Assembly: GCA_014190435.1 (NCBI GenBank)
Contig: BJGJ01000003.1
Coordinates: forward strand, 5,552 to 69,551
DNA length: 64,000 bases
Direction: 5' to 3'
Source: Methylocystaceae bacterium
GTDB lineage: Bacteria > Pseudomonadota > Alphaproteobacteria > Rhizobiales > Beijerinckiaceae
The notes beneath the pieces are model-generated. The model was not told the DNA's origin. It saw nothing but the letters and a program-made list of their open reading frames with translations, and did no database searches. Position 1 is the stretch's first letter. Every line of letters begins with the position of its first letter. Both the position numbers and the translations under genes were made by a program. Positions 1 to 12,100 of this stretch are shown here, in pieces.

Positions 1-598
1 ATTCTTCACAGGAAAAGTCACTTGAGGGGAAGTTAGAGTTGCGTCCATATAGACTAACAATCCGATCGATAAAATTTCTACCCTTAACCCAACTGAGTCG
101 TGCTCCAAGGAGCATGATTGCGCTGTAGCTTGCCATATCGATTAGGTTTGTAGCTTGCGTCATTTGTGCTGCGGTTGCATTGAAAATGAGAGCAGCAATG
201 CTGACAATCGCAATTGCAATGGCACCTTGTAGCAAGGCAGCTAGTCCCACAAGGATCAGCCCCCGCTTCAGGGCTGTTTCATTTGCGATCATGTAAGAAG
301 TTAAAACAGCTTTGCCGTGCCCTGGACCGGCGGCATGAAAGATTCCATAAGCGAAACTAGACACCATTAAAGTTGCCAGGGCGCTGGGATCGTTCTTCAA
401 GGCGCGCGTGGCCTGCTGAAGTTCAGAATTAAATTTATTTTGCCAAGCTAGAATGAGGCCCGCTAGGCTGCCATTGCTTCCAAGCGTCTCTTGTCCACCG
501 ACCGAAAAAGGATGCTGTTGCGCAAGGGCAGGGTCCATTATGGCAATGAGGCTGAGAAACAGCGCAAGCGCGCCCCACGCCGCCTGTTTACATATCAT
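1..598 (-). CDS. Nickel/cobalt transporter, RcnA/NicO family (3' end runs off the window)
   Basis: Not in the ORF track. Manual translation from ATG at 598, which overlaps the DUF1007 stop (ATGA), gives MICKQAAWGALALFLSLIA... and the signature FAYGIFHAAGPGHGKAVLTSY around 290-355. Confidence 0.85.
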   Translation of the reverse strand, partial: MICKQAAWGALALFLSLIAIMDPALAQQHPFSVGGQETLGSNGSLAGLILAWQNKFNSELQQATRALKNDPSALATLMVSSFAYGIFHAAGPGHGKAVLTSYMIANETALKRGLILVGLAALLQGAIAIAIVSIAALIFNATAAQMTQATNLIDMASYSAIMLLGARLSWVKGRNFIDRIVSLYGRNSNFPSSDFSCEE

Positions 599-1257
599 GG
601 ACACGCTACAATCGCTCGAGTAGCCAGCTTTATGCCAAAATCTGCCCCCGGGGACATATTTTGGAAAAAAGCTTCAGAGAGCTTTTGGTTATCTGTGGCA
701 ACCAGCGAGCTCGGTTCCACAAGACTGAGGGAGCAGCCAGCAGGAGCGCGGCTCATCCTAACAGGCTCCTTCTTTTCAAGGCCGAAGGAAACAAAATAGG
801 TGGGATCATAAACCTGAAAAGAAAAGGGCTTTTTCGCTGAGGCGGGAAACTGCAAAGGAAGAAAAAAGTGCATCACCACGCTTTTTCTTTCATTCACCTC
901 CAGGGTAACGTCTTGGGGCGGCTTGAATGCTGGTTTCTCATTGTTTTGTTTAGCAAAAGTGAAATAGTCAAATTCAGCAAGAGACTCGATATTCGTCTTA
1001 GCTAGCGGCGCAAGCTCTTCTTTAGTTGGAGGGGCACCATTTTTGCCCAGTCCCTGCGTGGCGAAGGCAGAATACATTTCGTCAAATTCCCAAGAGTGAC
1101 GCACCCCAACTATCCTGCCATCATTCCCAAAAACCACCTCACTTTGCACCGCAACCCAGACATGGGGGTGGGCCATCACGGAGGTCTCGGCCGTTATTAG
1201 CCCGGTGATCAGCGTAAGCAAGAAGGTGAGAGGCCGCTTTGTCATGATTGCTAACAA
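595..1257 (-). CDS. DUF1007 family periplasmic protein
   Basis: Signal peptide followed by AHPHVWV, W.FDEMYS and YDPTYF motifs; usual partner of RcnA/NicO transporters. Confidence 0.85.
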   Translation of the reverse strand: MLAIMTKRPLTFLLTLITGLITAETSVMAHPHVWVAVQSEVVFGNDGRIVGVRHSWEFDEMYSAFATQGLGKNGAPPTKEELAPLAKTNIESLAEFDYFTFAKQNNEKPAFKPPQDVTLEVNERKSVVMHFFLPLQFPASAKKPFSFQVYDPTYFVSFGLEKKEPVRMSRAPAGCSLSLVEPSSLVATDNQKLSEAFFQNMSPGADFGIKLATRAIVACP

Positions 1258-1556
1258 TAAGAGGGGAAGTCGGCAAAAACAGGGCCGGATCGATGCACCT
1301 ATCTGAAACCTTGTGAAAGACTGGCTTTCTGTTCTTGATCCAGGGAACCGCTCTGGCGTAAACTAAGATATCGTCGCCGAATTGGCTTAAGCTGCTTCTA
1401 AGACAGCTCGGCGGCGCATAGTGAAGTCAAGGCGGCGCTTTGGCGTCACATTAGTTCGACGTCCTTCACTTAAGGACGTGAGTCCTCGTCCCTTAATTAA
1501 AAGGCGTTCACGGCGTTTGTTAAAACACGTCGCCGGTCTGCGCAGGAGAGGTTTGG

Positions 1557-4500
1557 ATGGCGGACACCATCGCCGGCGATCAGCAGACCGGCTCCGCCTA
1601 CGGCGCGGTAGCGCTCTCGGATCGTTTTGATCTTGCTCAGTCTCGCGTGCTGATGACCGGCACGCAAGCCATTGTGCGCCTTTTGCTCATGCAGAAAGAG
1701 TTCGATCGACGGGCGAATTTGATTACCGCGGGGTTTATCACTGGATATCGCGGATCGCCTTTGGGTGGCGTTGATGCGCAAATGCATCGCGCCAAAGAAT
1801 TATTTGACGCAAATAACATAACTTTTATGCCAGGTCTTAATGAGGACCTTGCCGTCACCGCAATTTGGGGCGCGCAGCAAGCAGAAATGCGCGGCGAAGG
1901 GAGTTATGATGGCGTTTTTTCCATTTGGTATGGCAAGGGGCCGGGCGTAGATCGCAGTGGCGATGCTTTGCGTCACGTTAATCTCGCTGGAACGTCAAAA
2001 AATGGCGGCGTGCTAGCGTTAATGGGCGACGATCATACAGCAGAGTCCTCAACAACAGCGCATCAATCCGATTATCATTTTGTTGACGTTATGATGCCGA
2101 TCCTCTCGCCCGCAGGCGTACAGGAAATACTAGATTATGGCGTTTATGGTTTTGCTCTCTCTCGCTATGCTGGCGTTTGGGTCGGGCTAAAACTGCTTAA
2201 AGACACTGTTGAATCGACAGCATCGATTGATGGATCAATCGATCGCGTAAGGCCAATAATTCCGAGTGATTTTATAATGCCGGAAGGCGGCCTCAATATT
2301 CGTGCGCGCGATCCAGTCTTAGCCCAGGAAGAACGTCTGCAAGAAAGTAAGCGCGATGCAATGCTGGCGTTTATTCGCGCTAATAAGCTTAACCGCATAA
2401 TTACTTCAGGAGGGCAGTCTCCTCGCATTGGCGTAATTACTGTAGGTAAATCTTACCTAGATGTACGTCAGGCAATGGATGATCTGGGCATTGATGAAGT
2501 TAAAGCAAATAATCTTGGTTTAAGGCTATACAAAATCGCTGCGCCTTGGCCTTTAGAACCGCAAGGACTACGCGAATTTGCACAAGATCTTGAGCTTATC
2601 ATTGTTGTCGAAGAGAAACGTTCACTCATTGAGGTGCAATTACGTGAGGAGCTTTATGCTTCGCCGCATCAGCCTCAATGCATAGGAAAAAAAGATGAAA
2701 ATGGCGATTGGCTATTTCCTGTAAAAGGCGCGCTTGATGCAAATGATATTGCCATTGCTCTTGGTCGCCGGCTTTTAAAATATCATCGCTCTGATGATCT
2801 TGAAGGACGCGTGCGACGCCTAGAGCGTTTGCAGGATCGTCGTAAAACGATGACGGATGTTTCAGTCCGCGTACCGCATTTTTGTGCAGGATGTCCTCAT
2901 TCTACGTCAACACATGTGCCGGAAGGCGCGCGTGCTTATACAGGCATTGGCTGTCATTATATGGCGCAGTGGATGGATCGATCGACAGAGGGCTATACGC
3001 ACATGGGCGGGGAGGGCGCCAATTGGATAGGCGAGGCCCCTTTTTCTAATCGTAAGCATATGTTTCAAAATCTTGGCGACGGCACCTATAATCATTCTGG
3101 GTCGCTTGCTATTCGTTTTGCGATCGCGACCAATACAAACATAACTTTTAAAATATTGTTTAATGGCGTCGTTGCTATGACGGGCGGCCAAAAGCATGAA
3201 GGTGAATTGACGGTTGAAGCAATCGCTCACCAGGTTGCTGCAGAAGGCGTAAAAAAAATCGCGCTAGTAGCCGATGAACCCAGTAAATACGCATCAACGA
3301 CTGTATGGCCGCCTGGCCTGACAATTTATCATCGTAATATTATTAATGAGGCTCAAAGAGACCTTGCAGAGACCGAAGGTGTGACAGTGTTGATCTATGA
3401 TCAAACCTGCGCAACTGAAAAAAGACGGTTACGCAAGCGCGGACTTTTTCCTGATCCTGATACGCGCGTAATCATCAACTCTCTAGTCTGTGAAGGATGT
3501 GGCGACTGCGGTACAGCGTCAAACTGCGTTGCTGTTCAGCCTTTGGAAACAGAGTTTGGCCGTAAGCGTCGAATTGATCAGTCCGCATGTAATAAAGACT
3601 TTTCATGTCTGGAAGGATTTTGCCCAAGTTTTGTAACGGTGCATGGCGGACGGATGAAAAAGGTGCCTTTGCCATCGGAGGAAGATACCAAAGACCAACC
3701 AGTATTACCGCAACCACACATAGCGCAGTTAGGCGCTATGCCATATGGAATTTTGGTAGCGGGTTTGGGCGGCACCGGTGTTGTCACTGTTTCTGCGATA
3801 CTTGGTATGGCTGCGCATCTTGAGGGTAAGGGTGTTGGCGTTATCGATATGGCTGGGCTCGCTCAAAAGGGCGGGGCTGTTTATTGCCATGTGAAGATAG
3901 GGAGCAATCCTTCGGATGTGCATGCAATTCGGATTGCGGCAGGCGAAGCGAATCTGCTTCTTGGGTGCGATCTTGTTGTTGCAGGAGCCAAGCAAGTTCT
4001 TTCAGCTGTAGAACTTGGAAAAACTGCAGTTATTGTGAATAGCGCCGAGGTTTTTCCCGGCGATATTGAACGAAATCCTGATTTTATGCTTCCTGCAGAT
4101 TCTATACGCCAGGCTATTCGAAAAGCAGCTGGACCGGAATCAACATTTATTGATGTAACTGCTTTGGCTCAGGCCTTGTTGGGTGACTCTATTGCAGCCA
4201 ATATCTTCATTCTTGGCTATGCTTGGCAGAAAGGGTATTTGCCCCTGGGAGAAGCCTCCTTGCTGCGTGCGATAGAATTAAATGGCGAGTCTGTGCCAAT
4301 GAACCTGTCCGCTTTTCTTTGGGGTCGCCGTGCTGCACATGATTTGCGTAGCGTAGAAATTGTTGCTGAATCTCTTCAGTTGCCTTCTGAAGTAAGAAGT
4401 AAGTCTCGCAATCTAGAAGAAATTATCAATCGTCGCTTTGCCTTTCTTACTGATTATCAAGATAAGGCCTACGCACAGAGATACCTTGATCGCGTTAATC

Positions 4501-5072
4501 AAATTATGAAGTTAGAGGTTTCTCAGACTCCAGGCATGCAAGATTTGACAGAGGCAGTGGCGAGATATCTTTTCAAATTAATGGCCGCCAAAGATTATTA
4601 TGAAGTAGCCCGACTTTATACAGACGGAGCCTTTCAGCGGCAGTTGGATGAAACATTTGAGGGTGATCTAAAGTTGGAGTTGCATTTAGCGCCCAATCTA
4701 CCATCCTTGCAGCGTAAAACTGATTTTGGTGGCTCACGCAAAATTACTTTTGGGCCGTGGATGTTTAAAGTATTACGACTTCTAGCTAAGTTTAAGGATG
4801 TTAGAAATACCTGGCTAGATGTTTTCAGATATGACCACGATCGCGTTGTCGAGCGACGACTTCTTGCTGAATATGAAAATTTATTAGCAGAAATTTGTGC
4901 TAATCTGACACGTGATAATCATGCAACTGCTGTTGCTTTAGCGTGTCTGCCAGAGAAAATTCGTGGATTTGGGCACATAAAAGCTCGGCATATAGCGGCT
5001 GCTGATCTAGAGCGCGAGAGGCTGCTTGGTGAGTTTCGTCAACCAGCCTCGGTTAAGCTGGCTGCTGAGTGA
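1557..5072 (+). CDS. Indolepyruvate:ferredoxin oxidoreductase family protein (fused alpha/beta)
   Basis: GYRGSPLGG, FCAGCPH, TPP-binding GDGTYNHSG, ferredoxin CEGCGDC, GLAQKGG; RBS AGGAGAG upstream. Confidence 0.93.
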   Translation: MADTIAGDQQTGSAYGAVALSDRFDLAQSRVLMTGTQAIVRLLLMQKEFDRRANLITAGFITGYRGSPLGGVDAQMHRAKELFDANNITFMPGLNEDLAVTAIWGAQQAEMRGEGSYDGVFSIWYGKGPGVDRSGDALRHVNLAGTSKNGGVLALMGDDHTAESSTTAHQSDYHFVDVMMPILSPAGVQEILDYGVYGFALSRYAGVWVGLKLLKDTVESTASIDGSIDRVRPIIPSDFIMPEGGLNIRARDPVLAQEERLQESKRDAMLAFIRANKLNRIITSGGQSPRIGVITVGKSYLDVRQAMDDLGIDEVKANNLGLRLYKIAAPWPLEPQGLREFAQDLELIIVVEEKRSLIEVQLREELYASPHQPQCIGKKDENGDWLFPVKGALDANDIAIALGRRLLKYHRSDDLEGRVRRLERLQDRRKTMTDVSVRVPHFCAGCPHSTSTHVPEGARAYTGIGCHYMAQWMDRSTEGYTHMGGEGANWIGEAPFSNRKHMFQNLGDGTYNHSGSLAIRFAIATNTNITFKILFNGVVAMTGGQKHEGELTVEAIAHQVAAEGVKKIALVADEPSKYASTTVWPPGLTIYHRNIINEAQRDLAETEGVTVLIYDQTCATEKRRLRKRGLFPDPDTRVIINSLVCEGCGDCGTASNCVAVQPLETEFGRKRRIDQSACNKDFSCLEGFCPSFVTVHGGRMKKVPLPSEEDTKDQPVLPQPHIAQLGAMPYGILVAGLGGTGVVTVSAILGMAAHLEGKGVGVIDMAGLAQKGGAVYCHVKIGSNPSDVHAIRIAAGEANLLLGCDLVVAGAKQVLSAVELGKTAVIVNSAEVFPGDIERNPDFMLPADSIRQAIRKAAGPESTFIDVTALAQALLGDSIAANIFILGYAWQKGYLPLGEASLLRAIELNGESVPMNLSAFLWGRRAAHDLRSVEIVAESLQLPSEVRSKSRNLEEIINRRFAFLTDYQDKAYAQRYLDRVNQIMKLEVSQTPGMQDLTEAVARYLFKLMAAKDYYEVARLYTDGAFQRQLDETFEGDLKLELHLAPNLPSLQRKTDFGGSRKITFGPWMFKVLRLLAKFKDVRNTWLDVFRYDHDRVVERRLLAEYENLLAEICANLTRDNHATAVALACLPEKIRGFGHIKARHIAAADLERERLLGEFRQPASVKLAAE

Positions 5073-5091
5073 GCGTGCTCGGTGAAAGTCA

Positions 5092-5877
5092 TTGTCAGTT
5101 ATAGTTAACCGCCCTTCGTCTTCGCAAGCAAGCTCTTGCTACAAAACGCATGTTCTGTTGTTGGGGGGTACATATGAAGCGCGTATGCTGGCGGTACGGA
5201 TTGCGCGAGAGCCAAGCATGCAGGGGCTCGTTTCGCTTGCAGGACGTACAAATAACCCGCTGCCACATGACTTGCCGCTGCGCATTGGCGGCTTTGGGGG
5301 CGTAGAGGGCCTTGTTCATTATCTCAAAGACGCAACGATAACCCACGTTATTGATGCAACACACCCCTTCGCGGCGACAATCTCTGTAAATGCGCAAAAA
5401 GCCTGTGAGTTACTTGGGCTTCCATTTCTTACTTTTACGCGCCGGCCATGGGGCGCCATTCCTGGCGACCGTTGGATCGAGGTTCAAGATGCTTCTTTAG
5501 CTATAAATGCGCTTGGCGTTGCGCCTCGGCGCGTTTTTCTCGGCGTTGGTCGTCAAGCGGCGATTAATTTTCGAGACGCCCCGCAACATAGCTATCTCTT
5601 GAGAGTTATTGATCCCCCGCAAGATAGAGAATTGCCGCTTGAATGTGAGATAATTATTGGGCGGGGTCCATTTGCGCTTGAGAATGAGCTGGCTCTACTT
5701 CAAGAGCATAAAATCAATGTCGTCGTCAGTAAGAATAGTGGTGGCGTGATTGGCTATACAAAAATAATTGCGGCTCGGCAGCTAGGGTTAGAGGTTATTA
5801 TGATCAGCCCACCAAAATGCAACAGCTCTCTAGTCGCTTATGATTACGATACTGCGATGAAGTTTCTTGCCGCATGA
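5092..5877 (+). CDS. cobK: Precorrin-6A/cobalt-precorrin-6A reductase
   Basis: [27 protein letters not shown] motifs; start position uncertain. Confidence 0.92.
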   Translation: MSVIVNRPSSSQASSCYKTHVLLLGGTYEARMLAVRIAREPSMQGLVSLAGRTNNPLPHDLPLRIGGFGGVEGLVHYLKDATITHVIDATHPFAATISVNAQKACELLGLPFLTFTRRPWGAIPGDRWIEVQDASLAINALGVAPRRVFLGVGRQAAINFRDAPQHSYLLRVIDPPQDRELPLECEIIIGRGPFALENELALLQEHKINVVVSKNSGGVIGYTKIIAARQLGLEVIMISPPKCNSSLVAYDYDTAMKFLAA

Positions 5878-7331
5878 CTCGCGTATTGATGATACAGGGC
5901 ACTGGCTCTGATGTAGGCAAGTCACTTCTTGTCGCAGGATTAGCGCGAGCTTTTGTTAACCGTGGATTGCGTGTAGCGCCTTTTAAACCACAAAATATGT
6001 CTAATAACGCAGCTGTCACTTTAGATGGTGGTGAAATTGGCCGAGCGCAGGCGCTACAGGCCCGGGCTGCGCGTATTATATCAACGATTGACTTAAATCC
6101 GATACTTTTAAAGCCTCAGGGTAAAAATGGTGCCCAGATCATCGTGCGCGGCAAGATTTATGGTCAAGCTGAAGCAAAAGAGTATCAAGGCTGGAAAGCA
6201 AATCTTCTACCAGTAGTGATGGAAAGTTTTAATCGATTAAAGTCTCAATATGATCTAATTATTGTAGAGGGCGCAGGTAGCGCTGCAGAAATTAATTTGC
6301 GCGTCAACGATATTGCAAATATGGGGTTTGCTCAGCAGGCGCAATGTCCCGTCATCCTTGTTGGCGATATTGATCGAGGCGGCGTAATCGCTCAATTGGT
6401 TGGATGCAAGGCTGTTCTTGATGAATGGGATTTGGCTTTAATAAAGGGATTTATTGTCAATAAATTTCGTGGTGACGCCTCTCTTTTTCAAGACGGAATG
6501 GAGTTCATTGCATCAAAAACAGGCTGGAAATCTTTTGGACTGCTTCCGTTCTTTGACGCAGCGTCAAATCTTCCTGCAGAAGATGCTTTTTCATTAAGAA
6601 AATCACAGCCTAGTTCTCAAGACGGTCTTGTCATAGCTGTCCCAATGTTGCCCCATATCGCTAATTTCGATGATTTTGATCCATTAAAAATAGAGCCGGG
6701 CGTCACGTTAGTTTTTGTGCATCCGGGAGAGCCGCTGCCAAATACGGCGAAGTTGATCATTTTGCCAGGTTCTAAGGCTACAATCTCAGATTTAGCAGCA
6801 TTGCGCGCTAATGGGTGGGATATTGATTTATACGCTCATGCGCGTAGAGGCGGAAGGATCTATGGCGTTTGTGGCGGTTATCAGATGCTTGGGCGCGTTA
6901 TAAGCGATCCAAATGGCGTTGAAGGATCCCCCTCTACTGTCGATGGATTAGGACTTCTCGAAATAGAAACTGTTTTAACAGACAATAAAACCTTACTTCA
7001 GTGTTGTGGGCAATGGATAAGTACGGACACGCTAGTCACAGGTTATGAAATGCATGTTGGGGCAACAACCGGAGCTGATTGTTTAAGGCCAGTTATATCT
7101 TATGAGCAGGGTCGCGTGGATGGTGCCAGTGCATCGAGCGGGCGTATCTCTGGAGCGTATCTTCACGGTATTTTCTCAAATGACGCGTTTCGTAGACTGT
7201 TTTTACAAGAGCTTGGTCATCAAGACTTAGGCCTAAATTTTGAAGAAATGATCGAACAAACGCTGGATAATTTGGCTGCCCATTGTGAAGCCTATATTGA
7301 TGTAGATGCGCTTTGGAATATTGCGCGATGA
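5874..7331 (+). CDS. cobQ: Cobyric acid synthase
   Basis: [23 protein letters not shown], glutaminase [14 protein letters not shown]. Confidence 0.96.
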   Translation: MTRVLMIQGTGSDVGKSLLVAGLARAFVNRGLRVAPFKPQNMSNNAAVTLDGGEIGRAQALQARAARIISTIDLNPILLKPQGKNGAQIIVRGKIYGQAEAKEYQGWKANLLPVVMESFNRLKSQYDLIIVEGAGSAAEINLRVNDIANMGFAQQAQCPVILVGDIDRGGVIAQLVGCKAVLDEWDLALIKGFIVNKFRGDASLFQDGMEFIASKTGWKSFGLLPFFDAASNLPAEDAFSLRKSQPSSQDGLVIAVPMLPHIANFDDFDPLKIEPGVTLVFVHPGEPLPNTAKLIILPGSKATISDLAALRANGWDIDLYAHARRGGRIYGVCGGYQMLGRVISDPNGVEGSPSTVDGLGLLEIETVLTDNKTLLQCCGQWISTDTLVTGYEMHVGATTGADCLRPVISYEQGRVDGASASSGRISGAYLHGIFSNDAFRRLFLQELGHQDLGLNFEEMIEQTLDNLAAHCEAYIDVDALWNIAR

Positions 7332-8341
7332 CTTCCCATGATGTTTCTCAACAAATTGTGCATGGAGGGCGTATCAATGAGGCCCAGACCTTATTCCCAG
7401 ATGCGCCTTTGCCCTGGATTGATCTCTCTACAGGAGTGAATCCTCGCTCCTATCCAATTCCACAGATCGCGCCGCAGGCATGGTCAAGGCTCCCTGACGA
7501 GGGAGCTTTTAGCAGTATCGAAGAGGCTGCTAGGATGAGATATAATGCACCGCCGCAAGCCCGGGTTGTTGTTGGCGCAGGTGTTCAGTCTTTTATCCAA
7601 ATATTACCGCATTTATTTCCAAGACGCCGCGTTGCGATCCTTGGTTTTACCTATGGCGAATACGCGCTAACCTGGCGGGCTTCTGGGGCAGTAGTCGATG
7701 TGATCGACACAATTGAGCAATTAGACAATAATTTTGATATTGGTATAGTTGTTAATCCAAATAATCCAGATGGTCGATTGATTGATAAGGCGCAAATTGT
7801 CGATTTGGCACAACGCTTCACGCAAAAAAATAAATTACTGATTATTGATGAGTCTTTTGCTGATTTTTATCCGCAATTCAGCGCTGTTGATCTATCTTCA
7901 TTAGATGGCGTTATTATTCTTCGGTCATTTGGTAAGACTTATGGCTTGCCCGGACTAAGGCTGGGATTTGCGCTTTGTAGTAGAGCCAATGAGCGGTTGC
8001 TACGCCATGCTCTAGGTCCATGGGCCGTATCTGGTCCTGCTCTTGCTATTGGTCTAAAGGCTTTGTCGGATCCTAAGTGGGTAACTTGTGCTGCAATCAT
8101 GTGTCAGAGCGATGCAGATCGGCTAGATGATTTACTGAAAAAGAATGGATTTATCGCTATTGGCGGTACGATGCTCTATCGACTTGTTGAGCATAGAGAG
8201 GCGCAGAGACTTTATCATGCGCTCTGTTCTCATGGAATTTTGGTTCGTCGTTTTCCAGAAAAAGTAGCGTGGCTTCGGTTTGGGTTGCCAGATAATTCTA
8301 AAGCCTGGGCTCGGTTAACAAGGGCCTTCGAGGCTACATGA
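7328..8341 (+). CDS. cobD: Threonine-phosphate decarboxylase (CobD; called CobC in the aerobic pathway)
   Basis: [21 protein letters not shown] lysine in [15 protein letters not shown]; ATG at 7328 overlaps the cobQ stop. Confidence 0.88.
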   Translation: MTSHDVSQQIVHGGRINEAQTLFPDAPLPWIDLSTGVNPRSYPIPQIAPQAWSRLPDEGAFSSIEEAARMRYNAPPQARVVVGAGVQSFIQILPHLFPRRRVAILGFTYGEYALTWRASGAVVDVIDTIEQLDNNFDIGIVVNPNNPDGRLIDKAQIVDLAQRFTQKNKLLIIDESFADFYPQFSAVDLSSLDGVIILRSFGKTYGLPGLRLGFALCSRANERLLRHALGPWAVSGPALAIGLKALSDPKWVTCAAIMCQSDADRLDDLLKKNGFIAIGGTMLYRLVEHREAQRLYHALCSHGILVRRFPEKVAWLRFGLPDNSKAWARLTRAFEAT

Positions 8342-9069
8342 ATGATATTCAAATGAAAAAAAATTCAGATCCTGCGCAAGAGGATATATCCCGAGAGCTT
8401 GCGCCAACGCTAAAATTTGATGATTCAGAACGTGAAGCTGTCTATCGGGCGATTTATACGCGTCGGGATGTGCGGAATGAATTTCTTGAAAATAATGTTC
8501 CACATGATGTTTTGATGCGTATTCTTGATGCCGCGCATCACGCTCCTTCCGTCGGTTTGATGCAGCCATGGAATTTTATAGTAATACGCGACCCTAAAAT
8601 ACGTGAGGGCGCTTATTCGGTTTTTCAGCAGGCGGCAAAAAAAGAAGAGGCGCTTCTACCAATAGAGCAGCGCGCGCATTATCGCTCATTAAAGCTCGAG
8701 GGTATTCTAAAGGCTCCATTAAATATTTGTGTTACTTGTGATCGCAATAGAGGTGGAGAAATCGGATTAGGACGCACGCAGCAGCCCGATACCGATCTCT
8801 TAAGTACGGCTTGTGCTGTTCAAAATCTATGGCTTGCGGCCCGCGTAGAGGGTATTGGCGTCGGTTGGGTGAGTATTCTCAGCACTGATGATATTCGTGA
8901 GATATTGAAAATCCCAGATCATATTGTCATCGTAGCTTATCTTTGCGTGGGTTATGTTGATAAAGCTTATCTTCGTCCGGAACTTGAGGTGCGTCGATGG
9001 TCTAGTCGACTTTCCTTGGATGAGCTCGTTTTTGAGGATGGCTGGGGTAAAAAGCCTAAAGTTTTGTAA
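8338..9069 (+). CDS. bluB: 5,6-dimethylbenzimidazole synthase
   Basis: RRDVR, AHHAPSVGLMQPW, LKLEGI, QNLWLAARVEGIGVGWVS. Confidence 0.93.
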   Translation: MNDIQMKKNSDPAQEDISRELAPTLKFDDSEREAVYRAIYTRRDVRNEFLENNVPHDVLMRILDAAHHAPSVGLMQPWNFIVIRDPKIREGAYSVFQQAAKKEEALLPIEQRAHYRSLKLEGILKAPLNICVTCDRNRGGEIGLGRTQQPDTDLLSTACAVQNLWLAARVEGIGVGWVSILSTDDIREILKIPDHIVIVAYLCVGYVDKAYLRPELEVRRWSSRLSLDELVFEDGWGKKPKVL

Positions 9070-9115
9070 AAAGATCGATTCAGAGCCAATAATTTAAAAA
9101 ATAATTTGAAGCTAA

Positions 9116-12100
9116 TTAGCTTCTTGGTGCTAATTTTAATTTTGACTTTCGTTGCAATTTACTCATCAAGAGATAGATAACGGGTGTTGTATAAAGTGTA
9201 AGAACCTGGCTCAGTAATAATCCGCCAATAATTGTTATTCCCAGTGGACGTCGGAGTTCGGCACCAATGCCTGTTGCAAAGGCAAGTGGAATTGCGCCGA
9301 AGATCGCGGCTAAGGTCGTCATTAAAATTGGGCGAAAACGCTCCCGGGCAGCCTCTAGAGCAGCGTCATGAACGGACAGTCCCTCTTCTCTTTCAGCTTG
9401 AAGAGCGAAATCAACAAGCATGATGCCATTTTTTTTAACGATGCCAATCAGCAACAGAATACCGATGAATGCGATAACGGTAAATTCTGCTCCAAAAGCT
9501 TCTAGCGAAAGAAGGGCGCCAAGTCCTGCTGAGGGCAATGTCGATATAATTGTAATTGGATGGATCAAACTTTCATATAGAATACCAAGAATAATATAGA
9601 CAGCTAGGAGTGCGGCAAGAATTAATGTGGCCATACCTGCAGCTACTTTACGGAAATCTGCCGCATCACCAACAAAGGCGGTATGTAAGCCGCCGGGAAG
9701 GTTCATTTCTTCGATCGTTGTCTCAATCGCTTTTGTTGCGCCGTCCAATGTCGCGCCAGGTGCTAAGTTATAAGATATAGTGATTGCAGGTATTACGCCC
9801 TGGTGATTTACAACAAGCGGCATATAGCCGCGTTCTATTCTTGCAAGCGCAGTAAGCGGCACCTGCGCGCCATTTGTTGACGAGACATAAAGCCCAGCAA
9901 GATCTCGAATATCTCTTTGTCGAGATATTGGGGTCTCAAAGATAACGCGATATTGATTACGTTGAGTAAAGATAATTGTATCTTGCCGCTGTCCAAAAGC
10001 GCTGTTGAGCGCAGCGTCAATGGATGAGATTGGCACATTCATTCGAGATGCTGCGTTTCGGTCGATAATAACGGAAGCACGTAATCCGCCACGCTCTTTA
10101 TCCGAGGTAACGTCGGCGAGCTGTGGAAGATGTTTTAATTTCTCAATAATCTTGCCTCGCCATTCTTCAAGTTCCTCTATTGAGGCGTCAGAGAGCGTGA
10201 ATTGATATTGAGCTTTACTGGAGCGTCCGCCATTGCGGAGATCCTGTGAGGGCTGCATGAAGACGCTTAAGCCGGCAATTTTTGCAAATTCTGGGCGAAG
10301 TCGTGCAATAACTTCCCGACTATTTGATTTTCTCTCGCCGGCTGGTTTGAGGGAAACAAACAGGCGACCTTGATTTTGTGAGGACGTTAGTCCCGTAGCG
10401 CCAATGAAAGAGCCGACATCAGCAACATCCGGGTCTAACATTAACGTATCGCTAGCGCTGCGTTGTAATCTCGACATTTCAGCAAAAGATACGTCTGGAG
10501 CGGCTTCAGTGGTGCCGTTAATTAGTCCAATGTCATCTTGAGGCAGATTTCCTTTAGGGATTGTTTTGTATAATTCGACAGTTGCGATAATTGTTAAAAT
10601 TAGAACGGCAAGCGTTTTCCAGGGATGACCGACAACAGGATGGAGGCTGCGGCCATATAAATCACTAATTTTATCTAATGAATTTTCAATGAAATGATCA
10701 AAGCTTGAGCGATTTCTCGATTTAAAATCTGGAAGCCATGCGCAAATCATCGGCGTGACCGTTAGGGAAACAATCATTGATATAATAATAGCGAAGGTAA
10801 GGGTTAGGGAAAACTCTCTGAGAAGCTTTCCCATAACCCCTTCCATGAAAAGAAGAGGAATGAACACGGCGACTAAAGATAGGCTGATTGAAAATACGGT
10901 AAAGGCGATCTGTTTGGCGCCGATCAAAGCCGCGTTCATGCGGCTCATGCCCTGCTCTCGGCAGCTCTCGATATTCTCAATCATAACAATGGCGTCGTCG
11001 ACGACAAATCCAACAGAAATAGTCAAAGCCATGAGAGAGAGATTATCGATGGAAAATCCCGCCACCCACATTGCCGCGCAGGTGCCAACAAGAGAAAGGG
11101 GAACTGTGATGCCGGCAGCGATAACGGGCGTCGCGCGGCGCAGGAAAGCAAAAACAACCATCATGACTAAAGTAACAGAAATCAATAGCGTAGTCTGAAT
11201 ATCATGTATGCTAGCGCGGATTGTTTGCGTGCGATCAGATAGAATATTAATTTTAATGCCAGCTGGTATCCATTGCTGCATCATAGGTAATATCGCTTTA
11301 ATTTGATCAACCGTCTCAATCACATTAGCGTTGGGTTGTTTTGTTACGATGATCAATACTGCAGGTCTTCCATTAAACCAGCCGGCGGACATTCTATTTC
11401 GCACGCCGGGGGCAACTTTCGCCACGTCTCCTAATTTTACAACTGCCCCTGCATGTGTCGCGATTACAATATTGCGATAATCCTCTGGTGTAGTAAGTTG
11501 GTCTGTCGTTGAGAGGGTAATTTCCTGCTTCTCGCCTGAAAGCATCCCTGTCGCCGAATGCGCATTGGCGCTCGCTAGTGCATTCGCTACGACGTCAACG
11601 CTTAAGCCCATTGAGACAAGTCTAGCTGAATCAACTTGGATTCTGATAGCTGGTTGTTCTGCCCCAGTCACGCGCGCCTCAGCGACGCCGGGAACTTGAG
11701 CAATGCGCTGGGCGATGACTGTATCTGTCGCATCAAAAATTACGCTTGTTGGCAGAGTATCCGAAGTCAAAGCAAGGACGAGCACGGGCATGCCCGACTG
11801 GCTAGCCTTTCTCAGTGTCGGAGCCATTGGTAGGTCTGTTGGAAGATCGGGTATGGCGGCGTTGATCGCGGCCTGCACATCGCGCGCGACTGAGTCCAAA
11901 TTTCTAGAGATATCAAATTGAAGGATTATTTGCGATGAGCCAAGAGAATTCGTTGATGTGATCTCGTTCAGTCCGGCGATACCAGCAAGTCTTCTTTCAA
12001 GAGGTGCGGCGACAGAGGCCGCCATTGTTTCAGGATCTGCGCCTGGGCGCATTGCACTGACGCTGATAATTGGAAAATCAATTGCAGGAAGGCTGGCGAC

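Noticed and set aside
1258-1556. Cobalamin riboswitch upstream of the cob or Co-transporter genes
   Set aside because: I could not find the conserved B12-box elements on either strand.
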